DNA of 64,000 nt from an uncultured Succinivibrionaceae bacterium (GTDB lineage Bacteria; Pseudomonadota; Gammaproteobacteria; Enterobacterales; Succinivibrionaceae), in NCBI GenBank assembly GCA_949286015.1, contig CASEBB010000002.1, positions 9,981 through 73,980 of the forward strand, given 5' to 3'. The notes under the pieces were generated by a model. The model worked only from the letters and a program-made list of their open reading frames with translations. It made no database searches and was not told where the DNA came from. The number at the start of each line of letters is the position of its first letter. Position 1 is the stretch's first letter. Both the position numbers and the translations under genes were made by a program. Of the stretch, positions 56,148 through 63,669 are shown piece after piece.

Positions 56148-58670
56148 ATGACAAACACCTCTCAACTCCACAAAGCCCCATCTTTTGGTGTCATCGTCTG
56201 CTTACAGGACTTGGGCTTTGCCTCTGATCACAGACTGATTACGGAAACGGAGAGCACCTTACTCTCTTTAGGTATCCGTTGTGACTCTGCCAGTGATGAT
56301 ACAGCGCCCGCCTCAGTAAGCTTTTCTTTGTGCGCCCGTGAGCAGCATCAGAGCGCCTTAGAGAGCCTTAAAGGCATACACAACGACGCTGCTACCTTTG
56401 CCGCTATGTCCTTGCAAGAGGCTCTCAAGCAAGCACTGCAAGCTTGCACGGCAGACTACGTCTTAATCTGCAGCAATGGTGATCAATATCCCCACTCTTT
56501 TCTCTCCACGGTACAGCAAAAGCTCTTAGCAGCGCCCGCCCCTCTTGATCTCATCAAAGGTGTAGTGGTTGATGATGCGGGCACGCCACTGTGGCCAACC
56601 ACCGATGCCACTGCCAGCGAGCAAGCCCCTGTAACGCTACTTACCAGCATCAGTACCTGTGTCTTTCGTCGTGACTATCTCTTAGCGCATGGCCTTGAGG
56701 ATGTGCTCACAGAGTGGTTCCTGCTCTACGCCGCGCGTGATCCACAGATAAAGATGGTGTTTTGCCCAGAGCTCAAGGTTGAAGTTAACAAGCACACCTT
56801 TGAAGCCACTGGCGCGCAGCGCTTCCATCTGTTAGGAGCTACCTTGCTGCGCCTTAACTCTGAGCTACAAAAGACCTCCGTAAGCGCAGAGCAGCGTCTC
56901 TATCTCTTAGCGACGGTCTTTGCTGACGTGTATCTTCAGCTTGAGCACCTCCCTTATGTAAAAGATCGCCTCATGTATGGCGAGCATATAGGTAAGGCCT
57001 ATAGTGCTCTAAGTGCGCAACTTAATGGCAGTGACACTCAAGACCACACCACAGCTACGCAGAACACTGCTACACAGTGTGCAGCAGCGCAGCTCTTTTT
57101 GACGCAACTGCGCACCATCAACCCGACAGCAGCTCAAGCCGCAGCAAGTGGCGATCCTTATGATCTCTTCCCTGCGTTAAGCCAGCAAGAGCAGGTGCAA
57201 TTGCAGATTAGAGCCAATGAGGATGAGTGCAAAATCGCGCACCTGCAAACGACTTTAGAAAAGCTCGGTGAGCTTTTGGCGCGACAGACACGCGGCGAAA
57301 CCGCCACCGATCAAAAGTTCTACGTCATTGCGGCCATGAGCAACATGCCTGTATTTCAGGACATGTGGCGCGATTACTTCCTCAACAACCCGTTCTTACG
57401 CGAACGTCCTAACATCAAGCTGGTGCAGTGGCTCACAGAGGTCAATGCCGATGGCAATATTGACCAAGGTCGGGCTCAAAACGAGTTCATTGCGTCCTGT
57501 GACTTAAGTGAGGATGCATGGCTGTTTTTCGTGCATGCTGACTACGAGATTCTCGACGATTTGGGTCAGGTCTTTGCCCCACTTGATCGTAATTGTCTCT
57601 ATAGCCCGCATGGAGTGGTTAAAGCCAAATACCGTGACAAGTACTACAGCATCTACCTCAACAGTCACGTCCAAGAAAACCGTCACGATAACGGTTTCAA
57701 TCCTGGCCACACCAATCTCGACCTTGTTGGGGACAACGATAGGGTTGAGTGCTTAGACTCTATCATCGCTATCCACACCTCGCTGTTAAGGCGTTACCCT
57801 AAGCTGCGCTTTGATGACAAGCTCACCATCCACCTTGCCATTGAAGACATCAGCATTAATGGCCTGCTCAATTACGGTATTGAGTCACGCCAACTTTTTA
57901 TCAACGCCAATCACCACGGTGAGCACATCTTTACCACGCTCTTACAGCCGGAGTTTGTCCGCTTCAGAGACTACCTCACAGAGAAGTATCCTGACCATTA
58001 CTTCCCTGTGGTGATGGGTAATTTCGTAGGCCATCTGGATACCTTAAAGATTACCGAGACCAATGGCGCTACTTTAGAAGTAGAAGCCGCAGATTATGGC
58101 CAGCACATCTACAACCACTACCAACGCCCAGACTTTATTTGGTCGCAGCAATTTATTGATTACCGCCGTAATCACGTAACAGCCACCTTAGCCGCTAAGC
58201 TCAAAGAGGGCGTAGACGACATCTCTGGTGCGCTGGTTGATCGTATGGAAGATCTGTACGACCTGCTGCCAATGCAAAGTCACGTCTTGATCCAAAAGGA
58301 CGCTACCTTACCTGAGGAGGAGCAGCAGCAACGCTGTAAGTTGTGGCTACAGAAGTCTACCAACAACACGCAACCAGAGCTCATTTACCAATACGGACTC
58401 TGCGAGAGCGATCCTCGAGTGCTGACATACATTAACGGTAAGGATCTTATCGTCTGTAACACCAACAACAATGGTGATACCACGCTGTTGTTCCCTGAGA
58501 TGTTCCCACAGTCGCAAGTCTATGCCATTGAGGCAGACACAGCTAATTTCAAGCATGTGCCAGAGCGCACGCTGGTGCATACCATGAGGGCAGTCAGTCA
58601 GTCAGTCAGTCAGTCGGGGGCGTCCCCGATGTATCTAAGCAGACTGCGTTCACCACCCACGCTGCTGTAG
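56148..58670 (+). CDS. Multi-domain protein, paralogue 1: GT-A-like N-terminal region fused to the N-half of an FkbM-type methyltransferase; truncated after an AGTC tract
   Basis: 840 aa. Long identical peptide runs shared with 59442-61397 (LTSISTCVFRRDYLLAHGLEDVLTEWFLLYA, WRDYFLNNPFLRERPNIKLVQ). From LDTLKITETNG onward it is paralogous to the ORFs at 62345 and 63670. The frame ends about 18 codons after the tract. Confidence 0.8.
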   Translation: MTNTSQLHKAPSFGVIVCLQDLGFASDHRLITETESTLLSLGIRCDSASDDTAPASVSFSLCAREQHQSALESLKGIHNDAATFAAMSLQEALKQALQACTADYVLICSNGDQYPHSFLSTVQQKLLAAPAPLDLIKGVVVDDAGTPLWPTTDATASEQAPVTLLTSISTCVFRRDYLLAHGLEDVLTEWFLLYAARDPQIKMVFCPELKVEVNKHTFEATGAQRFHLLGATLLRLNSELQKTSVSAEQRLYLLATVFADVYLQLEHLPYVKDRLMYGEHIGKAYSALSAQLNGSDTQDHTTATQNTATQCAAAQLFLTQLRTINPTAAQAAASGDPYDLFPALSQQEQVQLQIRANEDECKIAHLQTTLEKLGELLARQTRGETATDQKFYVIAAMSNMPVFQDMWRDYFLNNPFLRERPNIKLVQWLTEVNADGNIDQGRAQNEFIASCDLSEDAWLFFVHADYEILDDLGQVFAPLDRNCLYSPHGVVKAKYRDKYYSIYLNSHVQENRHDNGFNPGHTNLDLVGDNDRVECLDSIIAIHTSLLRRYPKLRFDDKLTIHLAIEDISINGLLNYGIESRQLFINANHHGEHIFTTLLQPEFVRFRDYLTEKYPDHYFPVVMGNFVGHLDTLKITETNGATLEVEAADYGQHIYNHYQRPDFIWSQQFIDYRRNHVTATLAAKLKEGVDDISGALVDRMEDLYDLLPMQSHVLIQKDATLPEEEQQQRCKLWLQKSTNNTQPELIYQYGLCESDPRVLTYINGKDLIVCNTNNNGDTTLLFPEMFPQSQVYAIEADTANFKHVPERTLVHTMRAVSQSVSQSGASPMYLSRLRSPPTLL
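58591..58615 (+). repeat. Tetranucleotide tract C(AGTC)6 inside the coding sequence, followed by G5
   Basis: Read directly: cagtcagtcagtcagtcagtcagtc ggggg. Confidence 0.97.
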
Positions 58671-58723
58671 GCGAGCACCACCACCGCATCTCCACTACTC
58701 AGCTGTCAGGTCATGCCTCCTGC

Positions 58724-59092
58724 TTGCAGGAGTGCAACGCTGACCAATCACCAAATTATCGCCAACACCGTAACGGGCAGTATCGTCCCGCCCCAGAGAA
58801 CGTGGACGTTATGACGCTGGATGACTTCGTACAGACGCACAACCTGAGCGTGGGTCTCATTAAGCTAGACATCGATGGCTTTGAGATGCAAGCTATATGC
58901 GGAGCTCTGCACACGATCAAGACGCAACGGCCTGTCATTATCAGCGCTATCTACCACACACCTGAAGAGTACTACGAGCTCAAGCCGTACCTCGAAAGCT
59001 TGAACTTAGACTACGAGTTCAAGCTGCGCTACTTAGGCAATAGCAACCACTCCCCCAAGATCGTTCTGGTCGCTATGCCCAAGCTTAGCTAG
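58724..59092 (+). CDS. C-terminal half of the FkbM-type methyltransferase, out of frame with 56148-58670
   Basis: LIKLDIDGFEMQAICGALHTIKTQRPVIISAIYH matches the FkbM-family C-terminal motif. The same frame is open back to the tract at 58616 (hand translated, no stop). Confidence 0.8.
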   Translation: MQECNADQSPNYRQHRNGQYRPAPENVDVMTLDDFVQTHNLSVGLIKLDIDGFEMQAICGALHTIKTQRPVIISAIYHTPEEYYELKPYLESLNLDYEFKLRYLGNSNHSPKIVLVAMPKLS

Positions 59093-59441
59093 CTGATCCC
59101 CTAAACTGGTGGTAATTAGACCCCACCAGATGCCAAGGTGTAAGCCCTACCACGAAATAGCGCCGCTGGTGCAACTACGCACTAAGCGGCACTAAATCGA
59201 CGTACCTCTAAGGTACGGTCAATGGCAACAGCTTTTTGCCTAAAGATAGGGCTTTAGATTACACTCCCTGACAAGACGTAAGCGCTAAGCTATACAGCCG
59301 CAACCGCACAACAAAAACGATAGATGACACCATGAGTGCCGCCTGTTCTTAAGTTTGCGGATTAAGGTGCGACCAGTACTTTTTAAGGTATGGGTAGATA
59401 ACGATAACTGTCACGTTATGGTGCGACTCTAAGCACACACC

Positions 59442-61397
59442 ATGACCAACTACTCTCAGACCCACAGTATCCCATCTATTGGTGTAATCGTTTGCCTGCT
59501 GGACTTAGACTTTGCCTCAGGCGACAGACTGGTTACAGAAACCGCAAGCACCTTACGTTCGCTCGATATCAACAGTAACGCCGTCAGCAACGACATTGCT
59601 AACCACACCACCACCACCACCCCCACCACCACCACCACCACCACGCCAGAGTACATCGCTGTAAACTTGTATCTGTGCGCCCGCGAGCAGCATCAGAGCT
59701 CCTTAGAAAGACTGCAAGAGCAGCACACTGTCACTGCTACTTTCGCCGCTAAGACCTTGCAAGAAGCCCTTAACCACGCTCTGCAAGCTTGCAGTGCCGA
59801 TTATGTCTTAATCTGCTGCAATGGCGATCTCTATTCTCCGCACTACCTTGCCACGGTACAGCAAAAGCTTGTAGCAGCGCCCGCCCCTTACGATCTTATA
59901 AAAGGTGTCGTGGTCGATAATGCAGGCACGCCACTGTGGCCAACCACCGATGCCACTGCCTGCGAGCAACCCCCTGTAACGATACTTACCAGCATCAGTA
60001 CCTGTGTTTTCCGTCGTGACTACCTCTTAGCGCATGGCCTTGAGGATGTGCTCACGGAGTGGTTCCTGCTCTACGCCGTGCGTGATCCTCAGATCAAGAT
60101 GGTGTTTTGCCCAGAGCTCAAGGTTGAGGTCAATCAGCACACCTTTGACGCCACCGGCATGCAGCGCTTCCATCTGTTAAGTGCCACCTTGCAACGGCTC
60201 AACTCCGAGTTACAAGAGACCTCCTTAAGCGAGCCGCAACGACTCCACCTCTTAGCTACGGTCTTCAATGACGCCTATCTTCAGCTGCAGCGCGTTTCTT
60301 ATGTGAAATACCGCTTCATGTTTGGCGAGCATCTGTGCAAGGCTTATTGTGCAATCGCTGCGCAGCTGCGCAGCCAGCAGGTTAACGCTGCCACGAGCTC
60401 TACTGTTGCACCTCAGTGTGCGTCCATACAAAGTGAGGCGTGGCAGCTCTTTTTGACCCAGCTGCATGCTCTCAATCCCACCTTGGCTACTGCCGTAGAG
60501 CGCAACGATCCTTATGCCCTCTTTCCTGCGTTAAACCAGCACGAGCAGGTACAGTTACAAATCAAGGCCAATGAGTCTGCCTACAAAATTGAGCACCTGC
60601 AAACGACCTTAGGCAAGTTAGGCGAGCTGCTTAATCGGCAAACGCGAGGTGAGACGGCCACCGACCCAAAAGTCTACGTCATTGTGGCTATGAGCAATAT
60701 GCCTGAATTTCAGGGCATGTGGCGTGACTACTTCCTCAATAACCCCTTCTTACGGGAACGCCCAAACATCAAGCTCGTGCAGTTACTCACAGAGGTCAAT
60801 GCAGAGGGTACTATCGACCAAGGACGTGTGTGCAACGAATTTCTGCAGTCACTTGATCTGAGTGAGGATGCGTGGCTATTTTTCGTGCAAGCTGATTACG
60901 AGATCCTCGATGATTTAGGTAAGATCTTTGCTCTGCTTGATCGTAATTGCTTCTACGGCCCCCACGGTCATATCAGGGCCAAGTACCGTAATCAGGATTA
61001 CAGCCTACAAATCAACATGCACGTGCTTGAAAATCGCCACGATGGTAGCTTTAACCCTGGTCACAACAATATTGACTTGCTTTGGGACAACAACAGAGTT
61101 GAGGCCTTAGAAGCGGTCTTGGCTGTCCATAGCTCGCTGCTACGCCGTTATCCGCAGCTGCGCTTTGATGATAAACTCACTATCCATTTGCCTATCCAAG
61201 ACCTCAGCATTAACGGCCAGCTCAATTACGGCATTGAATCGCGCGCACTTGCGATCAATGCCAATCACCACTGTAACCATTACTTCACCTCACCACCGGC
61301 TCTTATCAAGAGCTTAGCTTACCTTACAGACAAGTACCCTGATCTCTACATCCCTGTATTATTAGGGCATTTCGTAGGTAAGAAGAGCACCAAGTAA
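59442..61397 (+). CDS. GT-A-like protein, paralogue 2 of the N-terminal region of 56148-58670 (stand-alone)
   Basis: 651 aa. Colinear with aa 1-~625 of paralogue 1. It ends ...LLGHFVGKKSTK* where paralogue 1 reads on (...VMGNFVGHLDTLK...). Confidence 0.85.
   Translation: MTNYSQTHSIPSIGVIVCLLDLDFASGDRLVTETASTLRSLDINSNAVSNDIANHTTTTTPTTTTTTTPEYIAVNLYLCAREQHQSSLERLQEQHTVTATFAAKTLQEALNHALQACSADYVLICCNGDLYSPHYLATVQQKLVAAPAPYDLIKGVVVDNAGTPLWPTTDATACEQPPVTILTSISTCVFRRDYLLAHGLEDVLTEWFLLYAVRDPQIKMVFCPELKVEVNQHTFDATGMQRFHLLSATLQRLNSELQETSLSEPQRLHLLATVFNDAYLQLQRVSYVKYRFMFGEHLCKAYCAIAAQLRSQQVNAATSSTVAPQCASIQSEAWQLFLTQLHALNPTLATAVERNDPYALFPALNQHEQVQLQIKANESAYKIEHLQTTLGKLGELLNRQTRGETATDPKVYVIVAMSNMPEFQGMWRDYFLNNPFLRERPNIKLVQLLTEVNAEGTIDQGRVCNEFLQSLDLSEDAWLFFVQADYEILDDLGKIFALLDRNCFYGPHGHIRAKYRNQDYSLQINMHVLENRHDGSFNPGHNNIDLLWDNNRVEALEAVLAVHSSLLRRYPQLRFDDKLTIHLPIQDLSINGQLNYGIESRALAINANHHCNHYFTSPPALIKSLAYLTDKYPDLYIPVLLGHFVGKKSTK
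59607..59645 (+). repeat. (ACC)n trinucleotide tract encoding T5-P-T7
   Basis: Read directly. Absent from paralogue 1. Confidence 0.9.
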
Positions 61398-61452
61398 CAG
61401 CAGCGCTTAGCAGCACGCGGTTCTTAAGCTCGCGAGCTCGCGCTTAAGACGC
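61273..61452 (+). repeat. Left copy of a ~176-bp direct duplication (3' end of 59442-61397 plus downstream palindrome)
   Basis: GTAACCATTACTTCACCTCACCACCGGCTCTTATCAAGAGCTTA...CTTAAGACGC recurs at 62019-62193 with a few mismatches and a ~5-nt indel. Confidence 0.9.
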
Positions 61453-62019
61453 CCGAGTTTAGTACCACATGTCGCCTAAAACAGCTTATATATCTGCTTA
61501 AGCACCACTCTCCAACAACATGGTTGTAGGAAAAAGTAGGAAAATCATTGGCATAGCCCGCGCCCTTCTTTGGTGCAAAGGCTCATAAGAACCGCATAAA
61601 CACCTTAAAAGCCACTAAGAGGTAGACTACGACCGCAGTACTGGTTAACGACAGCAACCCCGTTGCTAGTACCACCCCAGTAGGGCGGCCTTCGACAGCA
61701 TACCAAGGGGCGAAGCGTGGCTTTCCTATGCGGTTTGATGGATGCCAAAAGCAGCATCGTCCCTGCGATCAAGCAGGTGGTGCCTAGGTGATGGCGTGTG
61801 GCGTGAACAACCTCGGAGTAGTGTTGGTGCCCTATCCACCAAACGCAGTGTAGAGCCCAAAATGGTGGCTGACACTAACGTACCTATTGTGGTACCCTGT
61901 CCCCAATGATACGTGACTGACGTGTTGAGTGGCAAATTTTCCTACCACCCTGTACTAACAAAGCGGCTGAAAACAGCTTACGTATGCTCATATCCTCGAA
62001 GAAAGGTTCAAAACTCGGG
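61452..62019. mobile_element. ORF-less ~566-bp insertion bounded by perfect 9-bp inverted repeats
   Basis: CCCGAGTTT (61452-61460) and AAACTCGGG (62011-62019). It has subterminal AAAACAGCTTA words at both ends, contains an X-family repeat, and has only a 69-aa ORF. Confidence 0.55.
61811..61880. repeat. Second repeat family ('X'), partial copy 3
   Basis: CCTCGGAGTAGTGTTGGTGCCCTATCCACCAAACGCAGTGTAGAGCCCAAAATGGTGGCTGAC is related to the 5' module of copy 2 (GAGGTTGGTGTTGGTGTCCTATCTACCAAAAGC). Confidence 0.55.
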
Positions 62020-62193
62020 TAACCATTACTTCACCTCACCACCGGCTCTTATCAAGAGCTTACCTTACAGCCAAGTACCCTGATCTCTACATCCCTGTAT
62101 TATTAGGGCATTTCGTAGGTAAGAAGAGCACCAAGTAACAGCAGCGCTTAGCAGCACGCAGATCTTAAGCTTGCGAGCTCGCGCTTAAGACGC
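62019..62193 (+). pseudogene. Right copy of the duplication: decayed duplicate of the last ~40 codons of 59442-61397 plus the downstream palindrome
   Basis: Aligns with 61273-61452. The indel breaks the frame relative to the parent gene, and there is no upstream coding continuation. Confidence 0.8.
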
Positions 62194-62319
62194 AACAGTT
62201 TTCCTCACTCCCCCACGCCCTACCAACGCAACGACACGGTCGCCACATAGTGACCAGCACCAGCGTTATGAGTTTGGGACTCTGCAGCGGGGCGCAGCCA
62301 TAAGCTCCACTGCTTCACT

Positions 62320-62333
62320 TTCTAACACAACAC
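62320..62333 (+). promoter_or_regulatory. Leader motif TTCTAACACAACAC (site 2)
   Basis: Lies 11 nt before the ATG at 62345. No Shine-Dalgarno-like purine run in between. Confidence 0.35.
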
Positions 62334-62344
62334 CAATCCATAGT

Positions 62345-63013
62345 ATGGACACTTTAAAGCTAACTAAAACTAATGGCGACACCACTGAGGTGACAGCCGC
62401 AGAGTATGGTCATTACATCTACGACCACTATGAGCAGCACGACTTTATCTGGTCGCAGGACTTCATGCGCTATCGCCGTAATCACGTGACAGCCTCCTTA
62501 GCAGCAAAGCTTAAGGCTGGTATGGACGAGCTCTCCTGTGCCTTGGTAGACCACATGGAGGACATGTATGATCTGCTGCCAATGTTAGGTCACGTTCTGA
62601 TCCAAAAGGATGCGGTCTTAACCGCTGAGGATCAGAAGCGCTGTCAGTTATGGCAGCAAAAGGCTGCCAACAACGAGCTGCCAGACTTTTATAAGCAGCT
62701 ACCAATGTTTTGTCAGCCAGAGTACGTCAACCAATACGGCCTCTACGACAGTGATCCTCAAGTGCTGGCCTACATCAACGGTAAGGACATCATCGACGGT
62801 GGCGCCTACATGGGTGACACCACGCTGTTGTTCCACGAGATGTTTCCACAGTCGCGTCTCTACGCCGTTGAGCCCGCATCAACCAACATCAAGTACATGC
62901 AAGAGCGCACGCTCGCGCCACTCCTAGGTCAGTCAGTCAGTCAGTCAGTCAGTCAATCGGGGGCGTCCCCGATGTATCTAAGCAGTGTGCGTTCACCATC
63001 CACGCCGCTCTAG
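62345..63013 (+). CDS. FkbM-type methyltransferase, N-terminal half (paralogue 2), truncated after an AGTC tract
   Basis: 222 aa. SAM-binding motif IIDGGAYMGDTTLLFHEMFPQSRLYAVEP. The frame ends about 19 codons after the tract. Confidence 0.85.
   Translation: MDTLKLTKTNGDTTEVTAAEYGHYIYDHYEQHDFIWSQDFMRYRRNHVTASLAAKLKAGMDELSCALVDHMEDMYDLLPMLGHVLIQKDAVLTAEDQKRCQLWQQKAANNELPDFYKQLPMFCQPEYVNQYGLYDSDPQVLAYINGKDIIDGGAYMGDTTLLFHEMFPQSRLYAVEPASTNIKYMQERTLAPLLGQSVSQSVSQSGASPMYLSSVRSPSTPL
62928..62955 (+). repeat. Tetranucleotide tract (GTCA)7 = GTC(AGTC)6A, followed by ATC and G5
   Basis: Read directly: gtcagtcagtcagtcagtcagtcagtca atc ggggg. Confidence 0.97.
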
Positions 63014-63030
63014 GTGAGCACCACGATCGC

Positions 63031-63435
63031 ATGACCATTACCAAACCATCTGGTCATGCCTCCTACTCGCTCGTGCTCAACGCTGATCATTCCCCGAATT
63101 ATCTCAAGTACCGCAACGAGCAGTATCGTCCCGATATCGAGGAAGTGGACATCATTGCCATCGATGATTTAGTCCAAGAGCGCCACCTGAATGTCGGCCT
63201 CATTAAGTTCGATATCGAGGGCTTTGAACCCCAAGCCATGCGCGGTGCCTTGCACACGATTAAGACGCAGCGGCCTGTCATCATCAGCGCCATCTACCAC
63301 ACGCCAGAGGAGTACTACGAGCTCAAGCCTTACCTTGAGAGCTTAGATCTGGGCTATGAGTTCAAACTCCGTTACTCTGGCAGTAGACAGCCCTACTATG
63401 AGATCGTGCTGATCGCTACTCCCAAGATAAGCTAA
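63031..63435 (+). CDS. FkbM-type methyltransferase, C-terminal half (paralogue 2), out of frame with 62345-63013
   Basis: LIKFDIEGFEPQAMRGALHTIKTQRPVIISAIYH. The frame is open back to 62959 (hand translated: GGVPDVSKQCAFTIHAALGEHHDRM). Confidence 0.85.
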   Translation: MTITKPSGHASYSLVLNADHSPNYLKYRNEQYRPDIEEVDIIAIDDLVQERHLNVGLIKFDIEGFEPQAMRGALHTIKTQRPVIISAIYHTPEEYYELKPYLESLDLGYEFKLRYSGSRQPYYEIVLIATPKIS

Positions 63436-63478
63436 GCCACACCGAACACATCTGGTGCTAAGCCAGATACCAGACAAC

Positions 63479-63510
63479 AGCAGCGCACATAGCTCTATTT
63501 GTGCGCTGCT
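63479..63510 (+). terminator. 11-bp perfect-stem hairpin after the methyltransferase gene (no T-run)
   Basis: AGCAGCGCACA-TAGCTCTATT-TGTGCGCTGCT. Confidence 0.35.
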
Positions 63511-63641
63511 TAGTCATCCCACCTGTATCCGTACTGCGTTGGGTTAACGGCACACTTAGCTTGATGCCTGCAGACTACAAGGCTGCAGGCAATGATGGGA
63601 CAAAGTGTACGTAGGCGTCATGGTTGCGGGCCCCTCTTATG

Positions 63642-63655
63642 TTCTAACACAACAC
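63642..63655 (+). promoter_or_regulatory. Leader motif TTCTAACACAACAC (site 3)
   Basis: Lies 14 nt before the ATG at 63670. Confidence 0.35.
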
Positions 63656-63669
63656 ACCCTGAGTACAGT

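Noticed and set aside
61726-61935. 69-aa minus-strand ORF inside the 566-bp insertion as a possible transposase remnant
   Set aside because: It is too short, overlaps the X-family repeat, and has no DDE, HUH or recombinase motif.
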